Of a DNA stretch of 64,000 nucleotides, positions 47,961-61,924 are shown piece by piece. Under the pieces are notes generated by a model. It had not been told where the DNA came from and searched no databases. It saw only the letters and a list, made by a program, of their open reading frames with translations. This DNA is from Heptranchias perlo (lineage: Eukaryota): positions 9,176,001-9,240,000 of the forward strand of contig NC_090365.1 in the NCBI RefSeq assembly GCF_035084215.1. The letters run 5' to 3'. The stretch's first letter is position 1. Each line of letters starts with the position of its first letter. A program made the translations under genes and the position numbers.

Positions 47961-49675
47961 GCAGAATTTGAGTTGCCATTATGCATGGCTTCCATACGTG
48001 AGGCGTCTAGGATCGGACAGGAATGGAAAGGGGAGATTAATTAGAAACCAATCTGAAATTGGCAATTTAAAAACGGGGAAAGAAGACGCAATACACATGG
48101 AATCACGGAGACCGGTGCAAGCCCTACAAAAAGGGCGGGGTTGCTGCCTAAGGACAGATATAACATTTGGTCTTTCTTTGTTACATGTACACCAGGGAGG
48201 CGGTAGTCATCCTCATCTTGGCAACGCAACGTGGACCGTGATGAGGAAGGAATAGGCTGTCTGACAACAGCAAAAGTGAGGCATCGGTGCAACATCTCAG
48301 AATTCCGATTGAGGAGAAAGATGAGACTGAACGGAATGTGACTGACCAGGATATGGAGACAACCTGCCCGGGAATAGAGAGTAACCCCAATAAAAATGGA
48401 CTGAAAGTCATTGAGTCAGACATCATATTGTACAATGATGTGTTGTATTCTTGATCTTTACATTTACCCAGTGGTTTTGTTTTGCCCAAGGATGCTGTCC
48501 GTAATGAGTAAACCGTTTTTAGAAAGGAACAACTGCTCTCAAAGGCAATTGTGTATGAAGGTTTTTTGTTTACTTAAATCCAATTCAAAAAGGGGTTAAA
48601 TGGTAAATCAGTAAACAAATATTTACTGATTTACTGATCCCAAATTTTATTAAAATAATTCAGGAGATTAGATGGGAATATGGTTTGGTGTAAGTGCGAA
48701 GACTCCAATTGGTGTGTTATGCCGGGAAGACACAAGCGAAATGATATTATTTTTGGATGATTCCTGAAACAGTGGCAATGCTATCGCTATCTGTTGATGA
48801 AAGACTGATGAAAATCTTCAAAGTGAACTTGATAGACTTTTTGGAAGAGGATATACAATGTTACAAGTTTGTGAGCTAAACACGAACATTGGTTAATGGG
48901 AATGAAGGAGACTGGAAAGTCCCAGATACCTTTTGCTGTTCCGGGAATGGCTATTCGGCTGTGACGTGCAGCAGAGCTCAGCGCTAGCAGGTGGCTTCAT
49001 CCTGGATGAAGAATCCCCTAACTGCTCGCTATAAGTCAGACAACGGACATGTTACATTGGAAGAGAGGAAGATATTGCATTACACTTGGTTTGTCAATCA
49101 ACATGACATTTTGCCTCACACCAACTGGGGAAAACCAAAATTGGGGATATATTATTGGTGGCTGTTGGGCCCCACAATGTTACAAAAAAACCTTCAGACA
49201 GAAGCCTTATAAACTGGTGTGGACTTTGCCCATCCAATTCCACACTTTGTCTTGAGTTTTAAATAATGGCATTAATTGCCGAGGGGCTGAAATCAGGGAA
49301 AAACCCCCTCAGGCAGAATGTAAAATTCTAATTGATGTAATGTAACTGTAATGAATCTGTAAAGAATCTGTAATGTACCTGTTATCAATAATCTGTATTG
49401 AGTGTAATGCAATGAGGCACTCTAGAGTGTCATGAACTGTAATTATGTACAATGTGCTCATTGAACTGTACTTGACGTAACCTGCAAATTGTATGATCTG
49501 CATTGTGTACATTTGGAATGTGATATGACAACTGTATTGTATGTATTGCTGCAAATTTTATGAATAAAGTATATTTTTTCAAAAAAAAATTGTTTTAATG
49601 ATTTTGTTTGTTGCCTTTTGTTGTTTTAAGTATTTGAGAGAAGAGAGGGCACGATAAAATTTAAAAAGTGAGGTA

Positions 49676-50307
49676 TATTGAGACGTGAATGAGGGAAAGA
49701 GAAACAATGAAGACTAATAGGGTTGAACAGCCACCCAACTAAAGACAAGTCGACACATGTCCTTGCTTAGTAATTGACTTTCTATTATACAGACGCAAAG
49801 TGGGTATTACTCAAAGCCCAGGAAAAATATACATAAGATAATTAGTTTTGAATTTGCTACTTGGTGAATGATAAACAGAGACAGCCAGTCTAGGAAACAA
49901 AGATCAGTAAAATACAGGGAAGTCACACATAACTCTAAACAGGACACAGTAATCTGTGCAAGACAGAGTTTGATGGGAGAAAACTCACACCTAATTGAGG
50001 TGAACAAAGACAGAGCAATCTTTGTGGGGGAAATGGCTGTTCCAAAGCCAGTTGGTTTTAAGTGGTGTTTGAGTGGCAAAGATACCCAGTCTATGTGTAT
50101 TAGATGGGTATTGGTGGGCGTGTCCAAGGTATGAGCGAAGATAGCATAAAGGGACCACACTTTGGCTGTTAGCAGGGGGTACTGTCTGAAGAGCTCGTGC
50201 CTAGGCTTGTCTGTATCCTGCTTATTGCACTGTAACATTGAAATAAAAGCAAGACAAGAAACAAGGACCGAGTCTGCCTATCATTTTACCCGACGGATTT
50301 AACTTCA
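49676..50307 (+). repeat. 3' LTR
   Basis: Direct repeat of the 5' LTR with the initial TG mutated to TA, followed by a 10-nt tandem duplication tttaacttca. Confidence 0.9.
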
Positions 50308-52630
50308 TTTAACTTCAAGCTTGGTGTTGGAATGCATGTGTTCTAATGCAAGGAGTGTTACAAACAAGGTTGATGAGCTGCAGGCACAAGTTGCTTCATG
50401 GTGTTATGATATAATGGCTATAACGGAGACCTGGCTTAAACGTGGGCAGAATGGGAATGAAACATTCCTGGCTACAATGTAATCAGGAGGGATAGGGAAG
50501 GAAAAAAGAAAGGAAGGGTAGGGGGGTGGTTGGCAGGATTGATTAAGGCTAACATTGCAGGTCTATAGACTAGAGGGGTCAAAGACTCAATCTAGTTGGT
50601 TAGGGTTAAGGAACAGAAAAGGAGCTGTTACATTGCTGGGTTTTTACTATAGACCCCCAAATAGTGAGAAGAAGGTAGAGGAGCAAATCTGTAGGAAAAT
50701 TTCAGAGAAATGAAAAAATAATAGAGCAGTAATAGTAGGGAACTTCCATCACCCTAATATAGACTGGGGAAAGAACAGTGTGAAGGTCAAGGAGGGTAAA
50801 GAACTCTTCAAATGTGAACAGGAGAACTTTCTTAATCAGTGTGTTTCTAGCCCCACGATGAAGGAAGCAGTGCTGGATCTAGTTCTGGGGAATGAAGTAG
50901 GGCAAGTGGAGTGTGTTTCAGTGGGAGAACATCTGGGCAATAGTGATCATAATATAATTAGATTTAAAGTAGTTACAGAAAGGGACAAAGAAAAATCAAA
51001 GGTGAAAATACCCAACTGGAAAAGAGCCAATTTCAGTGATTTGAGAAGGGTTCGAGCACAGGTGGACTGGAAACAAAGATTGGCCAAGAAGACAGTAAAT
51101 GAGCAATGGCAGGCCTTCAAGGCGGAGATGGCTCGGGTACAAACCAAGCATATTCCCATAAGGAAGAGCATCCAAGGCTAGAGCTCCCCAGATAACAAAG
51201 GAAATAGAGATTAAAATAGACCATAAAAAGGAGGTTTATGACAAATGTCAGGTGCAGAATAGAGTAAATCTGGTACTACAGGCCAGTCAGTCTAATGTCA
51301 GTGGTGGGAAAACTACTAGAGACCATTGTCAAGGACAAAACTAATTCTCACTTAGAAAAGCAAGGGTCAGCCAGCACAGATTTGTTAAAGGCAAATTGTG
51401 TCTGACTAACCTGATTGAGTTCTTTGATGAAGTAGCAGAGTGAGTTGATGAGGGTAGTGCAGTAGATGTTGTATATATGGACTTTCAAAAGGCATTTGAT
51501 AAATAACAGATTTATTCAGGAAATAGAAGCACATGGGATTAAAGGGGTGGCGGTAACTTGGATACGTAATTGGCTAAGGGATAGGAGGCAGAGAGTAGTG
51601 GTGAATAGATGTTTTTCTGACTGGAGAGAAGTATCCAGTGGGATCCCCCAGGGATCGGTATTGGGACCATTGCTTTTTTTGTTATATATAAATGACCTGG
51701 ACTTGGGTGTAGGGAGTATAATTTCAAAGTTTGCAGATGATACAAAACTTGGCAATGTAGTGATTAGTGAGGAGGGTAGTAGCAGACTTCAGGAGGACGT
51801 GGACAGACTGGTGAAATGGGCAGACACAGGGCAGATGCAATTTAATGCGGATAAGTGTGAAGTGATGCACTTTGGGAGGAACAACATGGAGAGGCAGTAT
51901 AATCTAAATGGTGCTATTTTGAGGGGGGTGGGAGAGCAGAGGGACCTGGGGGTGAATATACACAAATCTTTGAAGGTGGCAGGGCAAGTTGATAAGGCGG
52001 TTAAGAAAGCGAATGGGGTACTTGGCTTTGTAAATAGGGGCATTGAGTAGAAAAACGAGGAAGTCATGCTAAACCTTTACAAATCACTGGTTAGGCCTCA
52101 GCGGGAGTATTGTGTGCATTTCTAGGAACCGCCCTTTAGGAAGAATGTCAGGGCCTTGGAGAAGGTACAGAGGAGATTTACCAGGATGATACCAGGGATG
52201 AGGGACTTCAGTTTAGTGGAGAGATTGGAGAAGGTGGGATTGTTCTCCTTAGAGCAGAGAAGGTTAAGGAGAGACCTAATAGAGGTATTCAAAATTATGA
52301 GGGGTTTTGATAGAGCAAGTAGGGAGAGACTGTTTCCTCTGGCAAGTGGGTCGGCAACCAGAGGTCATAGATTTAAAGTAATTGGCAAAAGATCTAGAGG
52401 GGAAATGAGGAGAAATTTTTTCATACAGAGGGTTGTTATGACCTGGAACACACTGCCTGAAAGGGTGGTGGAATCAGATTCCACGGGAACTTTCAAAAGG
52501 CAATTGGACACGTACTTGAAGAGGACTCATTTGCAGGGTTATGGGGAAAAAGCTGGGGTGTGGGACTAAATGGACGGCTCTTTCAAAGAGCTGGCACAGG
52601 CACAATGGGCCGAATGGCCCCCTTCTGTTC

Positions 52631-55600
52631 TGTAAGATTCTATGATTCTAGGAAACATAGGAACAGGAATAGGCCATTCAGCCCCTCGTGCCTGCTCTGC
52701 CATTTGATAAGATCATGGCTGATCTGTGATCTAACTCCATATACCTGCCTTTGGCCCATATCCCTTAATACCTTTGGTTGCCAAAAAGATATCTATCTCA
52801 CATTTAAATTTAGCCATTGAGCTAGTATCAATTGCCGTTTGCGGAAGAGAGTTCCAAACTTCTACCAACCTTTGTGTAGAAATGTTTTCTAATCTCGCTC
52901 CTGAAAGGTCTGGCTCTGATTTTTAGAATGTGCCCCCTACTCCTAGAATCCCCAACCAGCGGAAATAGTTTCTCTCTATCCACCCTATCCGTTCCCTTTA
53001 ATATCTCATAAACTTCGATCAGATCACCCCTTAACCTTCGAAACTCAAGAGAATACAACCCCAATTTGTGTAATCTCTCCTCGTAACTTAACCCTTGAAG
53101 TCCGGGAATCATTCTAGTAAACCTACGCTGCACTCCCTCCAAGGCCAGTATGTCCTTCCGAAGGTGCGGTGCCCAGAACTGCTCACAGTATTCCAGGTGC
53201 GGTCTAACCAGGGTTTTGTACAGCTGCAGCATAACTTCTGCCCCCTTGTACTCCAGTCCTCTAGATAGAAAGGCCAGCATTCCATTAGCCTTATTGATTA
53301 TTTTCTGCACCTGTTCATGACACTTCAATGATCTATGTACCTGAACCCCCAAGTCCCTTTGGACATCCACTGTTTTTAACTTTTTACCATTTAGAAAGTA
53401 CCCTGTTCTATCCTTTTTTGATCCAAAGTGGATGACCTCACATTTGTCTACATTGAACCCATTTGCCACAATTTTGCCCATTCACCGAATCTATCAATAT
53501 CGCTTTCTAATTTTATGTTTTCATCTACACTGCTTACAATGCCACCAATCTTTGTGTCATCGGCAAACTTAGATATGAGACTTTCTATGCCTTCATCTAA
53601 GTCGTTAATAAATATTGTGAATAATTGAGGCCTCAAGACAGATCCCTGCGGGACTCCACTAGTCACATCCTGCCAATGTGAGTACCTACCCATTATCCCT
53701 ACTCTCTGTCGCCTTTCGCTCAGCCAACTTCCTAACCAAGTCCGTACTTTTCCCTCGATTCCATGAGCTTCTATCTTAGCTAACAGTCTCTTATGTGGGA
53801 TTTTATCAAATGCCTTCTGGAAGTCCATATAAATAACATCCATTGACATTCCCCTGACCACTACTTTAGTCATCTCTTCAAAAAAAATTCAATCCGGACT
53901 CTCCTTTAACACTGCGTTCACCTCTCGCTCTCGGGGCTAAAGGCCGGCCTTTCACCTTTCGGTGACATTGATTGTATATTTTCCATTTCACCATGAACAG
54001 TGGAAACTTTGCCCTATTGTGTGCACCTTTGCATTGTGGGCCCACGAGCTCTGGGACCTAGGTTGAGTCTGCCCAATTCATTTTTTGCACACATCAATGA
54101 TCTATGTACCTGAACCCCTAATTCCCTTGGACATCCACTGTTTTTAACTTTTTACCATTTAGAAAGTATGCTGTTCTATCCTTTTTTGATCCAAAGTGGA
54201 TGACCTCACATTTGTCTACATTGAATTCCATTTGCCACAGTTTTGCCCATTCACCTAATCTATCAATATCGCTTTCTAATTTTATGTTTTCATCTACATG
54301 CTTACAATGCCACCAATCTTTGAGTCATCGGCAAACTTAGATATGAGACTTTCTATGCCTTCATCTAAGTCGTTAATAAATATTGTGAATAATTGAGGCC
54401 CCAAAACAGATCCCTGCGGGACTCCACTAGTCACATCCCGCCAATGTGAGTACCTACCCATTATCCCTACTCTCTGTCGCCTTTCGCTCAGCCAACTTCC
54501 TAACCAAGTCCGTACTTTTCCCTCAATTCCATGAGCTTCTATCTTAGCTAACAGTCTCTTATGTGGGACCTTATCAAATGCCTTCTGGAAGTCCATATAA
54601 ATAACATCCATTGACATTCCCCTGTCCATTAATTTAGTCACCTCTTCCAAAAATTCAATCAGGTTTGTCAGGCACGACCTACCTTTCACAAATCCATGCT
54701 GGCTCTCTCTGATTAACTGAAAATTCTCGAGGTGTTCAGTCACCCTATCCTTAATTATAGACTCCAGCATTTTCCCCACAACAGATGTTAGGCTAACTGG
54801 TCTATAATTCCCTGGTTTCTCTCTCTCTCCTTTCTTAAAAAGCAGAGTGACATGTGCAATTTTCCAATCCAGAGGGACAGTTCCTGAATCTAGAGAACTT
54901 TGAAAGATTATAGTTAGGGCATCTGCAATGTGCTCACCTACTTCCTTTAAAACCCTGGGATGGAAACCATCTGGTCCTGGGGATTTGTCACTCTTTAGTG
55001 CTATTATTTTCTTCATTACTGTTGCTTTACTTATATTAATTTTATCGAGTCCCTGTCCCCGATTCAATATTAGTTTTCTTGGGATTTCCGGCATGCTATC
55101 CTCTTTTTCTCCTGTAAATACTGACGCAAAGTAATCGTTCAACATGTCCGCCATTTCCCCATTGTCAATGACAATATCCCCACTTTCAGTTTTTAAGGGG
55201 CCAACACTGCTCCTGACCACCCTCTTTTTCCTAATGTAACTATAAAAGTTCTTCGTATTGGTTTTGATATCCCTTGCAAGTTTCTTTTCATACTCTCTTT
55301 TTGTAGCTCTTACTATCTGATTTGTGACCCTTTGTTGATCTTTGTATCTTTCCCATTCGCCAGGATCTGTGCCATTTTTTGCCTTTTTGTATGCCCTTTC
55401 CTTATGTCTTATACTGTCCCTTACCTCTTTAGTTGTCCATGGCTGTTTTTTTTTGGCAAGTAGAGTTCTTGCCCCTCAGGGGTATAAACCGATTCTGTAT
55501 CACGTTAAATGTTTCTTTAAACATTTCCCACTGATCATCAGTCATTTTACCCATGAACAGATTTGCCCAGTTTACTGTGGACAGTCTCTGTCTCATCCCA

Positions 55601-56950
55601 TTGAAGTCGGCCGTACCCAAGTCTAGAATCTTAGCAGCTGACTCACTTTTTTCCCTTTCAAACACTACATTGAACTCAATCATGTTATGATCGCTATTGG
55701 ATGGATGTTCGCATACAGTTAAGCCGTTAACTAAATCTGGTTCATTACTCATTACTAAATCTAGTATGGCTTGCCCCCTTGTTGCCTCTAGGACATACTG
55801 CTGTAGAAAACTATCCCGGACACACTCAAGAAATTCACTACCTTTCTGACAGTTGCTAGTCTGCTTTTCCCAATCTATGTGAAGGTTAAAGTCCCCCATT
55901 AAGACCACTATGCCTTTCTTACACGCTTGTCTAATCTCTGCATTTATACAATCTAGCACTTCAGAGCTGCTGCCAGGGGTCCTATACACAACTCCCACTA
56001 TAGTCTTAGATCCTTTCCTATTTCTCAATTCAACCCATAAGGTCTCTGTTGTCTGCTTACCTCTCGTTATATCCTCCTTTATCATTGAAGTGATTTCATC
56101 TCTAATCATTAAGGCTACTCCTCCCCCTCTTCCATTTTCCCTATCTCTCCTGTAGACCTTATAACCTGGTATAATTAGTTCCCAATCCTGACCATCCTGC
56201 AGCCAAGTCTCAGTAATAGCTATCATGTCATACCCTCCAATTTGAATTTGAACCTGTAGTTCATTTAATTTATTCCTTATACTCCATGCATTTGTATATA
56301 GAACTCTTAGTTGGGCCACACACCCTAGCCTGACCTTCAGCTTTGATGCTGGGTTAATCGCCTTACGCCTTCTAGATTTCACTTTATCTGTAGTGTCTAA
56401 AGTACACTTTCTTTCTGCTGCTCTACGCTTTTCCCTTTCACTTGTTCTTGAACAACTGTTTGTACTATTTGTATTGTAAATTTCCCCTGGGTCTTCCCCT
56501 CTCTTGCTGCTCTCAACTTTATTCCCTTCTGACTCCCCGCTCAGGTTCCCATCCCCCTGCCACTCTAGTTTAAACCTTCCCCAACAGCACTAGCAAACAC
56601 CCCCGCGAGGACATTGGTCCCGGTCCTGCTCGGCTGTAACCCGTCTCGCTTGTACAGGTCTCACCTTCCCCAGAACCGGTCCCAATGTCCCAGGAATCTA
56701 AATCTCTCCCTCCTACACCATCCCTGCAGCCACGCATTCATCCTGTCTATTCTCCTGTTCCTATACTCACTAGCACGTGGCACTGGTAGTAATCCTGAGA
56801 TCACTACCTTTGAAGTCCTGCTGTTTGATTTATCTCCTAACTCCTTAAATTCACCTTGCAGGACCTCATCCCTTTTTTTACCTATGCCGATATGATACCG
56901 ATATGGACTACGACTACTGGCTGTTCACTCTCCCCCTCCAGAATGTCTTG
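52631..56950 (-). mobile_element. Younger CR1 LINE (ORF1 end plus near-complete ORF2) with an internal duplication
   Basis: Long ORFs 55429-56382 (APE endonuclease), 54294-55220 and 52828-53873 (RT: [27 protein letters not shown]). Segment of about 53326-53894 duplicates about 54095-54660. Confidence 0.92.
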
Positions 56951-58374
56951 CTTATAGTGAGTCCAGCAGGTGAATGCAAAAGACGAGGCTGATGCGTTCG
57001 CAACCATCATCAGCCAGAAATTCAGAGTGGATGATCCTTCTCAGGACGCACTGCAGGCTTCTTCGGCAGCACCTCTCAAACCCGTGACCACCATCTAGAA
57101 GGACAAGGGCAGCAGGTGCATGGGAACACCACCACCTCCAAGCTCCCCTCCAAGCCACACTATCCCAACTTGGACATATATCACTGTCTTCCTTCCCTGT
57201 GCCACCTTCCCCCCATATTATTAGACTCCACCCAATACTATCACATCCTAGGTCCCCCAATAGTTTCCCACCCAAATCCTCCAGGACTCAGAGATTCTCC
57301 CCCCCATCCCTAGTACTTCAATGATGCACAACTGCTCTTCATTTTCCAATATCCCATGACCTCTCTCTACCAATGATAAAAGCTGTTCCACTGCGCCCCC
57401 TCTAGTCCCACACCCATTTATTCTGTCCGCTACTCCCACACTCCACTATTCATCCGCCTTTGCACCCGGACCCCACTCCCATCATTTGGGCCCCCGTGAT
57501 TCCCTTCCCCCTGATGCTTCCATACTCTGGCAGTTCAGCAACTTCTAGGATGACCTTCCCACCATTGCCATGCTGAGCACTCCCCTCCCCCTTCCACTTC
57601 CATACTCACACTACGTCATTCCCAGAACCTCCTTCCCACTTGCCTGGACACCAGAACCCCCACTTCCCCATACGCCAACACTATTCTGCTCCTCCCACTC
57701 CCTACTACCACCTCCCCACATTGGCCCTAGACCCCCTATACTATCCTCTCAACACTATCAAACCAGGCGACCCATCCCTCCAAATTTTTCTACCTACTTG
57801 GAACTTGGGCCATTTCCTACCATTTTCCTATGGATCCTGACCTTTAACAAAAGGCAATATATAAAGTTGAGTACAGCCCTAAAGCAATCACTTGATCATA
57901 ATCAAGGCTAGTGTTTTACAATCTCAGAATTTGAACCCGAAAACAACTTTAAAACTCCCATATAAATGTAATAAAAATGCAATATTAAAAATGGTGAGTA
58001 ATTTCACCATACGAACAGTATTGTGCCTATTTTCATCACAACAGGGTTTAATTTCCTTGTGCCCTAACTTTAGCACATTACAAAGTGTGTTTTTGTTAAA
58101 TTACTGCGTGTGCTATTTTTACACAGATGTTAAGCCATTTTGCAGGTTACAGATTGTGTTAAAATACAGCAAACAGGATTTTGGTGCTAATGCATTAACC
58201 AGTGCATTAAAAATAGCGCAAAGGAAATTAAACCCTCGAATTTCTTCTTCCACATTAGGAAACAGCTGTGTACCTCTTAGCAGTTTTACACAGTGCTCCC
58301 CTTTAACTGCAGCGGCATGCACTGATGGGCCTCTCTTGTTTGTCTGCATTAAATCGTTAAGACTGTTTTTTTCT

Positions 58375-58856
58375 TATGGTTCAGAGGTACCAGTCTCCCG
58401 AGGGCACTGACTTGCTGGGGTATGGTTCAGGGGTACCAATCTCCTGAGGGCACTGACTTGCTGGGGTATGGTTCAGGGGTACCAATCTCCTGAGGGCACT
58501 GACTTGCTGGGGTATGGTTCAGGGGTACCAGTCTCCTGAGGGCACTTTCTTGCTGGGGTATGGTTCAGGGGTACCAGTCTCCTGAGGGCACTGACTTGCT
58601 GGGGTATGGTTCAGGGGTACCAGTCTCCTGAGGGCACTGACTTGCTGGGGTATGGTTCAGGGGTACCAGTCTCCTGAGGGCACTTTCTTGCTCGGGTATG
58701 GTTCAGGGGTACCAGTCTCCTGAGGGCACTGACTTGCTGGGGTATGGTTCAGGGGTACCAGTCTCCTGAGGGCACTGACTTGCTGGGGTATGGTTCAGGG
58801 GTACCAGTCTCCTGAGGGCACTGACTTGCTGGGGTATGGTTCAGGGGTACCAGTCT
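58375..58856 (+). repeat. 46-bp minisatellite, about 10.5 copies
   Basis: Unit gtaccagtctcctgagggcactgacttgctggggtatggttcaggg. Period confirmed at 58387, 58433, 58571, 58617 and 58801. Confidence 0.95.
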
Positions 58857-59074
58857 GTTTCCAGTACCTGTCTTTCGGATAATGTTAAACTGAAGCCCCA
58901 TCTGACCTCTCAGATGGACGTAAATGATCCCATGGCACTATTCAAAGAAGAGCAGGAAGTTTTCCTGGTGTCCAGGCCAACATTCCTAAAACAGATTATC
59001 TGGTCATTAATCTCATTGCTGTGTGTGGGATCTTGCTTAGCACAAATTGGCTACTATGTTTTAACAGACCATAG

Positions 59075-59750
59075 AAATGTGTAGAAGTTACAACACAGAG
59101 ACAGGCCATTCGGCCCAACAAATCTGTGATGGTGTTTAACCTCCATGAGAGTAAGTAGTTCTTATCAGATTTACCCACCCTGTTGAAATATTGTTTCAGC
59201 CTCTTTTACTTCATCCTCCTCTCCAATCTAATCTTGAATGTTGACATAGTTTCTGCCTCAGCCACTAACCCTGGAAATTAATTCCACAGTGAAGTTGTTT
59301 CTCTTGCCCTCTGTCCTAAATCTCTTAAATTTAATTTTGTATCGATGGCCCTTCAATTAATAGAAGCACTCTTTTTCCATCTATTCTGTCCCATCCTTTT
59401 CATAATTTTAAACCCTTCTATCATGTCCCCTCCCTAAGGCCTCAGCATCCTTCCTATAGTGTGGAGCCCAATACTGCACACAGAACTGTAACTTAGGCCT
59501 TATTACAGTTTTACACAGGCTTCCCATTACCTCTTTGCTTTTATATTCTACACGTCTTGTGATAAAACCAAGAATTATATTAGCGTGGAGTGCTGCCTTT
59601 AAAGTCCTGTGAACCTGTTCCTTCAAATCCCTTTACTTTTTCACAGAACTGAGCCAACTTCCATTCAGAGTATAATTACTGCCGTTATTTTTTTTTGCCA
59701 AAATGCATCGCCTCACACTTATGAACATTGCATTCCATCTGCCACCCCAT
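59075..59750 (-). mobile_element. Old CR1 LINE 3' fragment
   Basis: ANIILGFI.R.VEYKSKEVM...RPKL..CVQ.WAPHY.KD. Confidence 0.75.
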
Positions 59751-61104
59751 CTTATCACACCCTTTGCAGATTCTTTTAGTCTTCTAAAGAATTAACTATA
59801 CCTCCTATTAACTATACCACCCCAGTCCATCACCGGCATCTCCACATCATGGCTCAAATTTCGGCACTGCCTCTAATGAGGTTTCCCTACATTACAACAG
59901 TGAATATGCTTCAAAATTATTTAATTCGGCTGTGAAGCGCTTTGGGGACGTCCTGAGATTGCGAAATGCACTGTATAAATGCAAGTTCTTTCTTTCCGGA
60001 GTTAGGTCACAGCTCAGCCATGATCTCATTGAATGGCGGAACGGGCTCGAGGGGCCAAATGGCCTCCTCCTGTTCCTAAGTTCTTCTAACTTTTCTCGTT
60101 CTGAGTCCAGGGATTCCAGTTAAAAGATATATTGAAAACAATAAATCTCGCTCTGACTGACTGGGGTTTTATTCGAATCTCCTTATCACTCGCTGTCATC
60201 TGAAGTATAATGAGAGGAATTTGACCTTGCTAGTGCCTCATTTAGCTATTATTCTGCTTGCACTACTTTAATTAGAGTACTGGAGTAGGAGCTTCCCTTT
60301 ATGTCTCTCTAACGCACGCAGATAAGGGTTTTCTAATCGGCTAGGCAACAACAGGCTGAACCTGTGAAGCTCTTTCTGTTTTAGCCGAAATAAATTAAGA
60401 TTTCTACAGCTGAGCCACACATACCAGACGGTGTCAAATTCGACCCCAGTCTGTAAGGAGTTAGCTGATCCCACCTGGCACAGTGGTCAGGGTACAGTTG
60501 GCCTCAATGCCCTGGAGTTAGGGAGGGGAGCGATCAGACAGGGTTTCTGCTCCAACTTGCTACCCGGTGAGCCCTGCTTGTGTGTGGTGTCGGAGGGGTA
60601 CAGAATCAGACTTGGTTGTGATACCCCCCCCCTCTTCCCCCGTGATCAAATCTTCTGCGGACACATGGGGGTCGATTTTGACCACCTTCGCCCGGCATTG
60701 ACGGGGCCGTAACGGCCTCAAAATGGGGTCACACCGTTACCACCGGCGATGCGACCGTCTCCATTTTGAAAAGGGTCCACCGCTGGGTATCCAAAGCCTG
60801 TTTCGGCCGATAGGCCCCTTTTAATATGGAAATCGAGGCCCTATGACGTGAATAGGACGCCGATCGTCATTTTAGGCCGGTTCTGGTCAGAGCCTGCGCT
60901 GTGCACACTCCGAGTGGTTCCACGGACAATGGGGCTGCCAAAGGTAAGTGTCAATGATGTTTTGTGGGCCCCAAAAATATAATCTGGGACCCCAGCATCG
61001 CCTATATATCGAGTATAATTTTGGCTGATCTCAGTGCCTTGGTCTCAGCCTCATTGGGCTACGGGAGAAAATCAGCCAAGGTCCCCACTCCTGATTATTA
61101 GCCA

Positions 61105-61565
61105 TAAGAACATAAGAAATAGGAGCAGGAGTAGGAGATACGGCCCATCGAGCTTGCTCTACCATTCAATAAGATCATGGCTGATCTTCGACCTCAACTC
61201 CACTTTCCCGCCCGATCCCTATATCCCTTGATTCCAAAAATCAATCTATCTCAGCCTTGAATATACTCAACGACTGAGCATCCACAGCCCTCTGGGGTAG
61301 AGAATTCCAAAGATTCACAACCCTCTGAGTGAAGAAATTCCTCCTCATCTCAGTCTTAAATGGCCGATCCCTTCTCCTGAGACTATGCCCTTAGTTCTAG
61401 ACTCTCCAGCCAGGGGGAAACAACCTCTCAGCATCTACCCTGTCAATCCCCCTCAGAATCTTATGTGTTTCAATGAGATCACCTCTCATTCTTCTAAACT
61501 CCAGACAGTATAGGCCCATTCTACTCAATCTCTCCTCATAGGACAACCCTCTCATCCCAGGAACC
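61105..61565 (-). mobile_element. CR1 LINE 3' fragment
   Basis: PGMRGLSYEERL...LEFRRMRGDLIE; homologous to 17890-18335. Confidence 0.85.
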
Positions 61566-61924
61566 AAATCAGTGACTCTTGCTGGAAGGCAGATGTGTGC
61601 AGATGTGGGGTGTGCAGAGGTGGGCACACACTGTCTTGGTTCATATTTGGAGAATGGCTTTTTGGGGACACATTGCACCCCAGAATGTGCCAACACTCCC
61701 AGGAGAGGGAAAATTGGAAAGGGCAAAACAAGGTCACTGGTGCCAGGCAATACCCCTTCCCCCCCCCCCCTAAATTTGGGCATTCCCACCGGACTGTTCA
61801 GCACACTCATTTCCAGAGAGAGACAGATCAGCCATGATCTAACTGAATGGCGGAACAGTCTGGAGGGGCTGAATGGCCTCCTCCTGTTCCTGTGTTCCAA
61901 AGCCTGGATGGCTGCTGCTGGCTC

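Larger units (their letters stand above)
45134..50317 (+). mobile_element. LTR retroelement (ERV or gypsy type), gag-pro present, no recognisable pol
   Basis: Two 632-bp LTRs, PBS, polypurine tract at 49663-49675, and a near-TSD agcat/agctt. Confidence 0.9.
44800..52630 (+). mobile_element. Degenerate CR1 LINE interrupted by the LTR element
   Basis: ORF1-end-like sequence at 44810-44940. After the LTR element come APE endonuclease remnants (NARS..NK, ITETWL, LDLVL, SDH) and RT ([26 protein letters not shown]), then a gattctat tail at about 52616-52630. Confidence 0.88.

Noticed and set aside
58375-58856. Regular repeats resembling a CRISPR array
   Set aside because: Units are contiguous with no unique spacers, the context is eukaryotic, and there are no cas genes.
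60660-60950. CpG-containing patch as a possible fifth small gene island
   Set aside because: No Trx-like or other credible ORF; more likely a young repeat fragment.
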